Of a stretch of DNA of 60,078 nucleotides, positions 36,401-44,071 are shown one piece after another (positions within the stretch are counted from its first letter, which is position 1; each line of letters opens with the position of its first letter). A model generated the notes under the pieces. The model did no database searches. It was not told where the DNA came from and worked only from the letters and a program-made list of their open reading frames with translations. This DNA is from a virus: the IMG/VR virus record IMGVR_UViG_3300044475_000064, positions 1 to 60,078 of that record; one strand, written 5' to 3'. The translations under genes were made by a program, and so were the position numbers.

Positions 36401-39400
36401 GGCATTTCTGCACGAGGAATACCGATAGTGCCTGACTGGTCAGAAAATTCAGACCAACCGTCACCAATATCCTTGCCTTTGATGTCCTGTATGGTATCAG
36501 GTGTTTTTGTTTCAGCAGCATTTGATTTTATTTCAATCATGCCGCTTGATTTTGCCATATCAATGTTAGTGTGAGTCTTTCCTTTCTGAAACCAATCACC
36601 ACGCCCAGTCCATTCATTTGATGCTGTTTTTTCCCAAAATAAGCCACGTTCTTCCGAGAACTCACTTGGGCGGAAGCGAGTTCCAATTGGTTTGTTGAGG
36701 TAGCTCTCCGCTTGATTTTCAAGTGCTTTCTGCTGCACTTCAAGTTGCAATTTTTTAATATCACCAAGGTATTCTCGCGTGATCGCTTTTACTTCTTCAT
36801 CCGTACTTAGAATAATTTGTTTCTGACGTTTTTCTTCTTCAAGGAGACCTTGCTCTTTCGCTTTTTTGTGCGCATCTACTGCGTCGTTATAGCGCTTAAT
36901 TGCATTATCTCTTTTTTCCTGTAGCGAATGTGTCTTAGGCTTGCCATACTTACTTAAATATCTCTCGTAGGCACTTTCAAGTGTCTTGCCGCGAGCATAC
37001 TCATCGGGAGAATGCCCGATTGACCAGGTGTTAGATTCTTTAGAGATATTCCACTTATCTTTTCCAGTATACAACTTGCTATCAGGATAGCCGCTAGGAA
37101 CATATCCATTGTAACCATCCTTGTCCTTACCAAATGCATCAGCTTCTTTTTGCATTTCAGCTTGTTCAGTAAAGTATTTATTTAGTTGTTTTTGTGTTGT
37201 ACTAGGTAACTCATTAAATGACTTTGTGCCCATGTCTTTTGCAGAAGCCTGAGCCTTACCTTGTGCAGTAGAATAGCCAATAGTTTGAAGGATTCTAATG
37301 CGGTAAATAGGGTCTAAACCATCCCAAGCAACATCACTATTCGTCACCTCTGTTGTGACAGATACAGTATTTGACGGCGTAGGTTCAGGCGATTTCAGAT
37401 TCACATACTGAGATCCATCCCATTCCTGCAGATTGCTCATTTCAATTTGATCGTTGGTGCTTCTTGACGCTTCATTCAATGCATCTTGAACATCCTTCGC
37501 GCCGATCATAATCCAGCCGTACTGACCTTTGTATCGGTAGCTCTTTAGACCATCTGCAGCCAATGGCTTATCTGTGGTTTTCTGCTCAACCTTTTGCTCT
37601 ACAGGCTTAGCCTTCCCAGTCTCATATGCATCAACAATACGTTTTACATCAGCAAATACCTGTGACCGTGTACGACCTGACTTTTTGATCTCAGCCTGAA
37701 TCAATCGCGTTTTCTGTGATGGATTATTGATATGAGCATCAAGGAAAAGCTCATCAAATGACGGCGTTTTCGATGCTTCTTTTTTTGTTTCTGCATCGTT
37801 ACGTGCTACGCCGTGCCAAACATCATCGGCTGTTTTCACACCAATAACAGTGACACTTCCATCATCATTTTTTTGAACGTTATAGTTTGGATTGCTCAGT
37901 GCAGCCTGAATTGAATCCTCCTTACGGTAAGTCAGTCGATCTGTCTTATTATCACGGACGTACTCAGCTACTTGATCACGCGCACCCTCATCCATACTAC
38001 GGCTGATCTCTGACATACCTTGCTTGATCTGCTCAGCGGTGCTTGATAACTCCGTTGTTTTTTCAGCTGCAGCTTGCTTTTTAGCAAGCTTATTGATTGC
38101 TGCTTCAACCTTACGGCGTTCGGCTGTAAGGATCTTATCCCAACCGCCATTAGTTTTTGCCAAAGTTGCAAGGTACTTCATGCGAGCACGAAGTTCAGCA
38201 TCAGTCATACGACCGAGTGTTTTCTCGGCTGGCTCTATCTCAACGGACGTAATAGGTGGCGTATCGACTGATTGCCCCTCAGTGGTATCAAAGGTCGATA
38301 GGTTCGGATCTTCTGCAGCCTTTGCAGGTTGTGTCGGCTGATAACCAAAATCAGTTAAATCAGGTACGTTCGATGCTGCTTCTGCATTTCCTGACGGAAC
38401 ATCCGTTCCGCTATCTCCTTGTACTGCTGCAATTCGCGGATCTTCTTGGATTGCTCGATTTGAGATAGTCTGATCATCCGTTGAAATTCCATCGGTGGTC
38501 TGTACATCATTTACTTGCTCCACTGTAGTCGTATCAGTAACAGGCTGTGCAAAATTCACATCACCCTGACCAAATTGCATCGGCGTACCATCTTGATCAC
38601 GCGCAAAAACATCGCCGTTCTCATATCCATCTACTGTAACCGTATAGACGGCATTAGGATCTGCTTTAGGCGAGATCTGTGTAACTGTACCAGGTTCACC
38701 GAGCCATTGATCTTGAGAAGCTTGCACGGCGTTACGCTCAGCTTCGATCTGAGCATCAAGGTTATCACCACCGATTGCTCGCTCAATTGGACCAGTTCTG
38801 CGAGCAGGTTGCTGCTCAGGCTGAATTGGCTGTTCAGGTGCAATGTCCTGCGTTGGTGTGTCTGTTCCTGCCTGTGGATCATCCTGTATAGACTCGTCGA
38901 TCTGTGGCGGAATGTTTGTACGATGTCCAGCTGCACCGAGACCGCCGCCCATAATACTACCAAGCACCGCACCACCTGCAGCTTGGTTTGCAACACCCTT
39001 TGTCAATGAACGGTTAGGATCTGCCTCTTGAACAGCATAGTTTTGAGCGACCTGTTGCAATGCGCTCTGTGGCATTTCCTCAAGTAAACCCTCAGCCACG
39101 GCAGCGCTTGCCGCGCTCTTGAATCGGCTTTTCGTACCCTCTGTAATAACCTTGGCAATAGCACGGTCTCCCATACCACCAAAGATACCAGTTCCAATAC
39201 CTGCCAATACAAATGCTTTAGTCGCTGCGTCCTCAGCAATTAGGTTACGTGCCTGCTCAAAGCTCTTACCATCTGCTATGAGTGCTTTCATCGCATCCGA
39301 GTTTTTAAGCATATCCTCAGACATGCTATTGATCTCTTTGCGGACATCAATTGCAGCATGAGCACCACCAAAACCACCCTCAATCAAGCCACCTGCAATC

Positions 39401-40746
39401 GTCGCCGTCGCCGCAGCTTTCTTTGCAGCGACTTCACGAGTTGCCCCAGTTGTGATTGCTTTTTTAAATGCACCTTTGGCCAACGCTAAAGATCCACCCA
39501 TAGACATCGCCATTTCAGGCGTGCTCTCTACGATACCAGCGTAGTAAGCTCGTGGATCTTTCCATGCTTCACCAAGACCCCAACTTGTTGCAGTTGTGCC
39601 ATCATCAAGCTTATCACCTGGTTCAACAACCCAAAGTTTTTTACGTGCTTCTGTAGTCTTAGTAGATAGATTCCCTTCATATTTTTTCTTAGCTTCGTCA
39701 ATAATCTGCTGAGACGTTTTGCCAGTAAAATACTGATCAATTTTATCCATAGCACCAACAAGATGCTTTACACCAGGAATGCGATTGGTGATCTCGTATG
39801 CGGCTTCCGCACTACTGCTCAAGCCTGTAAGTAGCAAATTACCAGTATCAGACAAAAAGCTAGGTTCTTCTTTATTTTTTGGATTTTTCTGAGTTGGTTG
39901 CTGTGCAATTTTGATCGGTTTAGCACCTGTAAATGGAATGAACTCATCCAATCCCTGCTCTTGAGCAGCTTGCATACGCGCCATTTCAGTTGCAGACAAT
40001 GGGCGATAACGGCCACCATCGGTATTTTCCTGTTTTGATTGTGTCGCTTGTGGCTGCGCATTAGATGCAAGGCTCTGACCTGATCCAATCGAACTATAAT
40101 AGCCCTTTACATTATTAATATATGGGATTGTCTCTTGTGGACGTGGTAGATAGGCTTTCCAGTCACCACCCTGCTCACGAGAACGGCGAACGGCTTTATC
40201 GACATTACCCTCACCTGCATTGTACGCAGCAAGCGCCTTATCGACATCGCCGTTATAGCGAGACATCATTGCCTCAAATTTACCGAGACCAAGACGTACA
40301 TTCTCACGCACCGAGCCATCACGAAGCGGCTTAATACCATAACCAGGTTTAGCACCTGTATCGGGCATGACCTGCATAAATCCGAATGCGCCCACTGGCG
40401 ATCTAGCGTTTGGATTCCCTGCACTTTCCTGAGCACCAATCGCAGCAATCCAGTGCATTTGTTCAGGTGAGTACCCTGCAAATTCATTAGGATTATTTTG
40501 GATAAATCCCATTGACCCCTGTAGTTTTTTATCAAAACCTACACCGCCGCTTGCAGCCTCGCGTTGGCTGTTGAGATCAAGAACACGCGCATCAAACTGC
40601 TGATTGACGTTCTTGCGGCGTGATTCAGCATTAATGCGATCTTGCTCAAACTGCTTTTTGAGATCGTCAGGCAATCCATAGGATGCAGAATCAGCTTCCT
40701 GTAGTGCGGCTTCAAGTGGAGACTGTTGCAGTCCTTTACGATCCAT
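27409..40746 (-). CDS. Giant polyvalent virion/ejection protein (4,445 aa): SLT lytic transglycosylase, Gly-zipper hydrophobic region, ParB-like domain, two ART-like modules, PLxRFG domain, C-terminal TM cluster
   Basis: Uninterrupted ORF with RBS GAGGA. Motifs:
- AIGAQESAGNPNARSPVGAFGFMQVMP (SLT)
- LKPTQAEF..VLDGHHQWMAARETG (ParB-like)
- two copies of RFSR.D..FK.WFGD..VVDE.G.P..YHG .. EQIKSATDNTGAFDPTNPDIRFSRAD
- GPYFPLARFG (PLxRFG)
- hydrophobic AGITGMMMLNAGITGTWLFGIAMVMAGMF. Confidence 0.85.
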   Translation of the reverse strand: MDRKGLQQSPLEAALQEADSASYGLPDDLKKQFEQDRINAESRRKNVNQQFDARVLDLNSQREAASGGVGFDKKLQGSMGFIQNNPNEFAGYSPEQMHWIAAIGAQESAGNPNARSPVGAFGFMQVMPDTGAKPGYGIKPLRDGSVRENVRLGLGKFEAMMSRYNGDVDKALAAYNAGEGNVDKAVRRSREQGGDWKAYLPRPQETIPYINNVKGYYSSIGSGQSLASNAQPQATQSKQENTDGGRYRPLSATEMARMQAAQEQGLDEFIPFTGAKPIKIAQQPTQKNPKNKEEPSFLSDTGNLLLTGLSSSAEAAYEITNRIPGVKHLVGAMDKIDQYFTGKTSQQIIDEAKKKYEGNLSTKTTEARKKLWVVEPGDKLDDGTTATSWGLGEAWKDPRAYYAGIVESTPEMAMSMGGSLALAKGAFKKAITTGATREVAAKKAAATATIAGGLIEGGFGGAHAAIDVRKEINSMSEDMLKNSDAMKALIADGKSFEQARNLIAEDAATKAFVLAGIGTGIFGGMGDRAIAKVITEGTKSRFKSAASAAVAEGLLEEMPQSALQQVAQNYAVQEADPNRSLTKGVANQAAGGAVLGSIMGGGLGAAGHRTNIPPQIDESIQDDPQAGTDTPTQDIAPEQPIQPEQQPARRTGPIERAIGGDNLDAQIEAERNAVQASQDQWLGEPGTVTQISPKADPNAVYTVTVDGYENGDVFARDQDGTPMQFGQGDVNFAQPVTDTTTVEQVNDVQTTDGISTDDQTISNRAIQEDPRIAAVQGDSGTDVPSGNAEAASNVPDLTDFGYQPTQPAKAAEDPNLSTFDTTEGQSVDTPPITSVEIEPAEKTLGRMTDAELRARMKYLATLAKTNGGWDKILTAERRKVEAAINKLAKKQAAAEKTTELSSTAEQIKQGMSEISRSMDEGARDQVAEYVRDNKTDRLTYRKEDSIQAALSNPNYNVQKNDDGSVTVIGVKTADDVWHGVARNDAETKKEASKTPSFDELFLDAHINNPSQKTRLIQAEIKKSGRTRSQVFADVKRIVDAYETGKAKPVEQKVEQKTTDKPLAADGLKSYRYKGQYGWIMIGAKDVQDALNEASRSTNDQIEMSNLQEWDGSQYVNLKSPEPTPSNTVSVTTEVTNSDVAWDGLDPIYRIRILQTIGYSTAQGKAQASAKDMGTKSFNELPSTTQKQLNKYFTEQAEMQKEADAFGKDKDGYNGYVPSGYPDSKLYTGKDKWNISKESNTWSIGHSPDEYARGKTLESAYERYLSKYGKPKTHSLQEKRDNAIKRYNDAVDAHKKAKEQGLLEEEKRQKQIILSTDEEVKAITREYLGDIKKLQLEVQQKALENQAESYLNKPIGTRFRPSEFSEERGLFWEKTASNEWTGRGDWFQKGKTHTNIDMAKSSGMIEIKSNAAETKTPDTIQDIKGKDIGDGWSEFSDQSGTIGIPRAEMPQIKAEHRGAMVNFMNARGISHQEETVTADSLKPTQAEFSQEKVDKAKNYEGGNRSILISSDNHVLDGHHQWMAARETGEDVKVIRLNAPIRDLVVTAHEFPSSTVDTSQPKTTPVAKKSKDQISFERNIKDYDQSKGHISIEKLQADFPRIDQNIAEQDAIINDPKAHEKRAVNKAERMKESLLNEKADLKRYIEYRKNKEIEKKISDETKITWSTHDTRDKTWIASNGMIIVDESRMRNDKPYPIFTLYRDENNGNEYGYYDTLAEAQEAVKTLVVKDTMAKKEAAKTERPSMPKNYNVGPFTGKTTPIGKTVYREMDAEGLYDLTRNTLTNGGGNTSQLYVADNIDLAMGQGANKGILVQMRGDAVSGKENYKPGTGDITGREYVTDFIGMDAIDQILIQKGIKLRPLTRQLIQPRFDRKILDDGSILFTRKGVDVGTPLSEMRLIDTPTPKAKHTTKAKPAEESNTENKFQKYDDVAQQYGRSVNSDGAILSNKGKDTGVRIVEKKGRIRIERQDGQLLFSGTNPESLGKFLEDYWFDKKLRFSRADNQNSEINDVRKQYEGTDQWMKAPNGKLTNLNEQQWLQVRTPSFKNWFGDWENDASNASQVVDENGEPLVVYHGAKQAGFSEFDNDAEPRFSETPPGSSFFAANRDVAVSYAGSIDEAKASDEYDSDEASPGIYPVFLNIRDPQLANYRGNMWNGTIQGEKKAYQITVDGFDTFIGDNGQFIFDSEKDAKSFAEHHNLQDFEIDEALFGVSDTNLMAHRAKNDGKDGAILSNVIDYGSYIKLDGEYVEVDSLDAADLKRAEKVAKDIYKPSTIYVTFSPEQIKSATDNTGAFDPTNPDIRFSRADLTDPKDAETGKPINAYFSRNTVSSKNYPQGMDFGQDLEPAGEYMNIATDDMSAMNSPGWQYGVISFKNPLVLEHKSTDSSGWKKDLSEMFDGKTGKALSAAIKRAGYDAVVTKDKYGYSEIVNLNGEKAQFSKTDEQPKNLFVAHNLSASNILAANDLGGLAAPSIAVARSDVSDFSGFGEVTLLADPKLLEDSKIRTFDADIYSPRQPRASYELDKKKFNALLSELEQNANGLRLPSLDEASGTDGAENFVRSDAMQLAYLNEIGKAPKLKQAKVNPYIKNAAKLEGSRFSWPQDPKFAAIAKKYFESRIAEYEKPIDPALPDDAKEVMREINQKGVARAKARYYNEDGTLKPYALDDLAMKADNYRKSGGYDYAQLRSDLSEKMRNEKTRAAFEKWATDKFNSMVTGKTLFKGFTNAGNKKYLPYTLENVVSEMTQQLQAGEGTFYGAGSARSAYANEMKTLKDIQSRRDQIVTEAEMEKLKEESSKVFEDALERLKPFYKYDTNGWGYLNDAGSAIAEGQKGIREAFKVTPESRKIIADLTSYLANLPTAYFEAKAQRAVQFSEFNTAVVPKGMDKDALQVLRDAGLKIKTYDPKSEGDRARIIAQQEKLLFSQGDRKGTGITVADVRNRLIERFGKDVITRLEDQGILSIDDSFRIAGVEGYAQDGNVTLVANALTPDTIVPVFLHELGGHAGMQGVMKPTAYKNLMDQFDRLVAAKDPIALEAKRLAERETDAAARQDEYLPYLITVAARAQNKRPGVQTLVNRIVAAVKAWAVDKLGLNLNLNANDVLALAERMVNTLGNRDANGMRRFSKADTSNKPLTKKQFFKKYKSIHVDFRGGESNREPILTDGFREGVSVNALSISEYSDQPYSRRTGFDKRFAPKTDSYVWLLGKDGVVIGGNGDKTKEGYIPDADAGFKIVDQEKTVYENYLIAFNASHGSGSRFSREDQTNTPEFKKWFGDSKVVDEDGKPQIRYHGTRDNWSQWDKDKAGGLIHTTDDMDIADRYAQGAGGGRKRSDPVYQDNDGNIYEIDGNEYVNRQDGSRLSARDIQDMMDYGDINPIYPDARIKPIYVRSENPLDLNTDHGLKVLAGIQASSRFGQSVVNQAKDGYFDWNSTKHEFKNKHWANDLVPKLKELGYDAIIFSDDGHQTLSVFDSEQIKSATDNTGAFDPTNPDIRFSRADDDLGPVSEDEYAMKLKQWWDEAKKLPSDKLTKLMTNGALGLIPLRQMLNEMASDLPSAKVYLRVKDKMDTMRNKWHAKTDAVAQEWLKYRIKNKDENRELMDIMHESTLNQVDPSMPFQSLMTPQEKRSLANPNLNANLRAELTLKQELDDKREEAYDVLKERFDPLSAEAKEIYKKVRDTYTDLADAFDEILLANMEKAINVRIKKAEREHGREMERITDEGLQGQERDDAIAAADRALNNAKTKIAWNRKARMTRLRKQFETQRLQGPYFPLARFGSLFVTVRDAKTGEVVSFSRFEDPTEQRRFAEEMRKDANYKVEEGALIDGAAERKAVDPNFVADVEDILADLPNAEQVKDEVWQRYLESLPDMSVRKARIHRKGREGYNADAVRAFGSHMFHGSHQLARMAHSMDLEDALDQARDDARETKNPKRSSLIVNEMEKRHKFVMSPTGGALAQWASSFAFVWYLAGSPKAAIMNLFQTPIMGVPILGAYAGGLNGIARAGKELTNALVDFTKGKGFAERSSGLTAEERKAMADGYEAGVIERTQGHDLAGVGETGVEYSAARERAMKIISWGFHHAERLNREVTFLAAYRLARKKGLSHDAAVTKAGDLTWKTHFDYSNTSRPRLMHNDTMKILLVFRNFQINMLYRLFRDTHQALNGETKEVRKEAFSQLAGITGMMMLNAGITGTWLFGIAMVMAGMFMDDGEDPKEELKKAMIKSIGPKLAGLALHGVPGYVTGTSLSASVGMADLWFRSPDSEKEGEEALQFWQSQLLGAVPAIGAQFARGLSYIGKGEVYRGIETMMPKMLKDPMKAYRYETEGAKNMRGDTVTDVTTSDVIKQALGFTPAGIAEQYQTNNASFNMQQTIIKERKSIMDDYYKANQEGDEKKLDKLAEKIDKFNEKNPEQKITPRSISQSRKNRDKGADNAVGGMRYNNKLRDRLVEDQSPSIYN
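30277..30353. repeat. Intragenic 77-nt repeat, copy 1 (about 91 percent identical to 33841..33917)
   Basis: Aligned by eye with 7 mismatches in 77 nt. It encodes EQIKSATDNTGAFDPTNPDIRFSRAD at the end of ART-like module 2. Confidence 0.85.
33841..33917. repeat. Intragenic 77-nt repeat, copy 2
   Basis: Encodes the same 26-aa peptide at the end of ART-like module 1. Confidence 0.85.
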
Positions 40747-40763
40747 AAGAACATCCTCAATAA

Positions 40764-41990
40764 TTATCTGTAAACGACTGTACCTGTTTTGGTATCCATA
40801 TACGGCGTTAGCCCTTTAGACTGCTGACCGCCGTTAGGAAATGGATTTGCGACCTCACCACTATTCTGATTACTCGCACCATCCACCATCGCAATGTAGT
40901 CTTTTGCTTGTTTGATTTTCTCAGCACTGCTAAGTTTACCAAAAGACATGTCAATTTCCGATAATGTTTTAATTGTATCTTCGATACGAGTAGCCATATT
41001 TTTTGAATTATTTTGCACGCCTAATAGTGCAGGAACATACGCACGGATCTGTTCCTCGGTATAATTATTTTTACGCAAATAAGCCGCTGCAGATTCAGCC
41101 TGAGCAACTTTATCATTACCTTTTGCACCAGTTGTACCATTAGCACCATCAAGTTGCGACTTGGTAACTGCGGCGCTTCTCTGTTGAGTTATTGTATTTG
41201 CAGACTGGTTATTATCTTTAGCAAGTCCATAGCCTTGCTGAATAGCCATTTTTGTCTGTTCTTGCTTCCAGTCTCGCTCATCTTTGATTTGCTGAGCTTT
41301 AATTGCCTGTGCCTGCTTCTGTTGATCGTAAGCATATTCCACGATCTTGTCAGGCATAGCGTTGTTACGGATAAAACCGATCAGCTCGTTCTGATTATTG
41401 AATGTCAACGACTGTGGCTTACCTGCAGAATCAATAAAATCAAGCTTTGCACCGCCTGTTAGTTGGCCTTTAGCATCTTTTAGTTCAGTGACAGACTTAA
41501 ATTTGTAACTACCACCATCACCGACAATGCTGTTAGACACATTGAGAATATCCTCAATCGCAGGACCAAGATTTTGATAATCACCCATACTGGCCATACG
41601 GATTGCACCAGCCGAAGCCTCTGTGAGTTGCTTCGCCTGTTTGGTCTCCATAAACTTACCAAGCATGTCTGCAGCTTCAACCTTACCTGATGAGATCAGG
41701 TGTTGCTGCTGCTTTGGAATCGTAGTGTTGTAATAGTAGTCCAACACTTTTTTATTATCACCGCCGTATTTAGTCTGAGCATCGTTGATGCCGATCTGCC
41801 CAATGCGTTCAACCTCTGCCTGAATGTCAGAATTACGTTGCTTTTCTGCATAATCCTGCTCAGCTTGCTTCACCTGCATATCACGCAATTTATTTTGACT
41901 TTTTGCATTCTGAATGCCTTGGTATGCCTGAGCACCTTGCGATACACCACTCAGAAATGAACCTAGCCCGATACCAAAATTACCAGCCAT
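40764..41990 (-). CDS. Putative internal virion/ejection protein (408 aa)
   Basis: Gln/Ala/Lys-rich helical sequence with RBS GAGGTG. It is immediately upstream of the giant gene. Function is inferred from synteny only. Confidence 0.65.
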   Translation of the reverse strand: MAGNFGIGLGSFLSGVSQGAQAYQGIQNAKSQNKLRDMQVKQAEQDYAEKQRNSDIQAEVERIGQIGINDAQTKYGGDNKKVLDYYYNTTIPKQQQHLISSGKVEAADMLGKFMETKQAKQLTEASAGAIRMASMGDYQNLGPAIEDILNVSNSIVGDGGSYKFKSVTELKDAKGQLTGGAKLDFIDSAGKPQSLTFNNQNELIGFIRNNAMPDKIVEYAYDQQKQAQAIKAQQIKDERDWKQEQTKMAIQQGYGLAKDNNQSANTITQQRSAAVTKSQLDGANGTTGAKGNDKVAQAESAAAYLRKNNYTEEQIRAYVPALLGVQNNSKNMATRIEDTIKTLSEIDMSFGKLSSAEKIKQAKDYIAMVDGASNQNSGEVANPFPNGGQQSKGLTPYMDTKTGTVVYR

Positions 41991-42002
41991 AAAATCACCT
42001 CA

Positions 42003-42767
42003 TTAAAATAGCTTTTTGATGCCCTTAGCGAGCTTGCCAATTGTTCCGTTTTCCAATGCCTTTCCTGCATTCTTAAAGTCACCTGACATTAGCTCGCCAA
42101 ATGCCTTTTGTTCATGACCAATACCAGTCTTGTCATTTTCAAGATCTTTACCATAAAGCTTAGGCAACCAACGTTGGTTGAAATCTTGCTCGATAACCTT
42201 TCCACCAAGAAGATCCTTGGCATAATCACCGCTATCCTCATCACGATAACCGCCTTTCTTGGCATTATCTTCATTGGCGATGATCACAGCAGCAAGCGCC
42301 GCCCACCAACCGCCTGCCATACCGCCGCCTGCAGCAGATCCACCTGCACTACCTGCGGCACTACCACCTGCAGCACCGCCCATGCTTGATGCACCACCCA
42401 TGCCGCCCATCGTACTCCCTGCTCCAACGGTGCTACTACCCCCACCACCAAACAAAGAGCCTAAACCCCAACCACCACTGCTACCACCACCTGCGGCACT
42501 ACTCCCTGCTGATGAAGCTCCCGAAGCACCACCACCGCCGCCAAACATACTTTGTAACTTGGATGGATCAACTGATCCTGACATTCCACCCATAAAGTTA
42601 CCAAAGTTGGCTTGACCACCAGTACCACCAGCTGCTTGCTGTGGTTGCTGTGATGTATTTGAACTCTCACGCGCTAATCGTTCTTGTAGCTGCCGTGTTT
42701 CTTCCATTTGACGCAATCGTTCTTGTTCTTGCTGCTGGACGTATGCATCCAATCCATAATCAGGCAT
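42003..42767 (-). CDS. Gly/Ser/Ala-rich low-complexity protein (254 aa), putative internal virion protein
   Basis: About 120 aa of GGxGGS-type low complexity followed by a globular C-terminus. Strong RBS AGGAGGA. Confidence 0.65.
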   Translation of the reverse strand: MPDYGLDAYVQQQEQERLRQMEETRQLQERLARESSNTSQQPQQAAGGTGGQANFGNFMGGMSGSVDPSKLQSMFGGGGGASGASSAGSSAAGGGSSGGWGLGSLFGGGGSSTVGAGSTMGGMGGASSMGGAAGGSAAGSAGGSAAGGGMAGGWWAALAAVIIANEDNAKKGGYRDEDSGDYAKDLLGGKVIEQDFNQRWLPKLYGKDLENDKTGIGHEQKAFGELMSGDFKNAGKALENGTIGKLAKGIKKLF

Positions 42768-44061
42768 GATGGCGTTCCTCCTGTTTCTTCATTTTCGGCA
42801 GACCAACGCTTGCATCAGCGATTTTATCAACCTTGCTACTAAGCTCTTGAACTGCTTTCATTGTTAAGCCTAAGCCATCAATTAGATTGATACTCTTACC
42901 ATCACCTAAGCCTGTTTTTTCTTGGAAATCTTCGGCATATGGACCAATGTGATGACCTTCATCAGAAACACCTTTTTTGTATTTCCATTTCTCAACTGGC
43001 ATCGACTCAATTGCATCTAATGCGCCGTCAATTGGCTCTTTTTCTTCCTTTAGTTCCTTGGATGACATTGCCATCATACCCATGCCTGCCAAGTTCCCGA
43101 TACCGCCCCACATACCACTTGATGCAGCTGAGTCTGAGGCGTTCTTAGCCTGCCATGCATTGAGCTGATTAGCATATTGAGAATTAAGAATACTTGCTTG
43201 ATTACCATATCCTGACATCGCTGCCTGATAACCCTGCCCCATAATATTACCTAATCCTGCTGCCTGTGCATTATTCCCTGCAGCAGTTCCAAAAGCAGCA
43301 GATCCAGTTTGTGAGCTTAATCCTAATGACGTTGCTGGATTAACAGCGAGACCATTACCCATGTTCACGGCATCTGCTTTCATCGCAACACCTTCCTTAC
43401 GGACGGTATTACGTGCATTGTTCTCTGCACCTGCAGCAGCTAATCCAGTTGCGAGAGATCCTGACCGATCTACCCCTGCCCATTTTCCACTCGTAGGATC
43501 GACACCCATAGATGCCATGTTTCGCTCAGAAGCTTGACGTGCTTGGGATGCATTATTTAGTACGTCGGCTTTTGCCTCAGCTGCTCGTGCGCTCTGACGA
43601 TCTGCACTATCCCAGTTTTTCGCCGTATCAATAAACTCATCTTGAAGCGGCTTAAATACCTCGTCATATCGTTTACGATCTGCAGTCGCCCAACCTTGTG
43701 CCTGCTTTGATGCATCAAGCTGATTTTGAGTGACTTCATTGGCAAGCTTGTCTTGCTCTTTTTGTCGCTCGGTACTCGTGGCAAACTGATCACGGGCAAA
43801 AGTAAGCCAATCTTCGCCAAGCTCTGCGTTCTTGATTGCGGCTTCTCCAATACGAGGATCGGGAGAAGGTGCAGAACTACCACCACCTTTTTTAAACATA
43901 GCGATGTCATGCCATGCAGGACGTTCTTCCTTTTCGGTGACTTCACCTAAATGGTCGAGTCCAGCATAAGCATAAGCAAATTCAAACGGCGGTCGAAAAT
44001 TGCGGATGATAAAGTACGCAATGGCCAACCATGCAAACAACATTAAATATTCAATATTCAT
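42760..44061 (-). CDS. Membrane-anchored protein with a C-terminal Peptidase_S74-like intramolecular chaperone domain
   Basis: N-terminal TM segment YLMLFAWLAIAYFII. C-terminal SSKELKEEKEPIDGALDAIESMPVEKWKYKKG..HIGPYAEDFQEKTGLGDG..INLIDGLGLTMKAVQELSSKVDKI matches the S74 auto-cleaving chaperone pattern. ATG 44061 has RBS AGGTGA. Confidence 0.65.
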   Translation of the reverse strand: MNIEYLMLFAWLAIAYFIIRNFRPPFEFAYAYAGLDHLGEVTEKEERPAWHDIAMFKKGGGSSAPSPDPRIGEAAIKNAELGEDWLTFARDQFATSTERQKEQDKLANEVTQNQLDASKQAQGWATADRKRYDEVFKPLQDEFIDTAKNWDSADRQSARAAEAKADVLNNASQARQASERNMASMGVDPTSGKWAGVDRSGSLATGLAAAGAENNARNTVRKEGVAMKADAVNMGNGLAVNPATSLGLSSQTGSAAFGTAAGNNAQAAGLGNIMGQGYQAAMSGYGNQASILNSQYANQLNAWQAKNASDSAASSGMWGGIGNLAGMGMMAMSSKELKEEKEPIDGALDAIESMPVEKWKYKKGVSDEGHHIGPYAEDFQEKTGLGDGKSINLIDGLGLTMKAVQELSSKVDKIADASVGLPKMKKQEERHHA

Positions 44062-44071
44062 AGGATCACCT

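Noticed and set aside
27480-40535. Dozens of 60-165-aa ORFs on both strands within the giant gene (for example 38515..39009 +, 31250..31615 +, 29411..29752 +)
   Set aside because: They are nested in a 13.3-kb uninterrupted frame with coherent domain content. Their low-complexity or Cys/Leu/Ser-rich translations are typical of off-frame noise.
27409-40746. Possibility that the giant protein is an N4-like virion RNA polymerase, given the N4-type capsid
   Set aside because: I could not find the T7-like polymerase motifs. The recognisable modules (SLT, ParB-like, ART-like, PLxRFG) point to a polyvalent effector protein instead. Only a profile search can fully exclude a divergent RNAP core.
42259-42615. 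118-aa Pro-rich plus-strand ORF (and 42108..42389, 42386..42595, 42461..42670)
   Set aside because: These are shadow frames of the Gly/Ser/Ala-rich gene (GGN codons read antisense as NCC Pro). They have no independent start signals.
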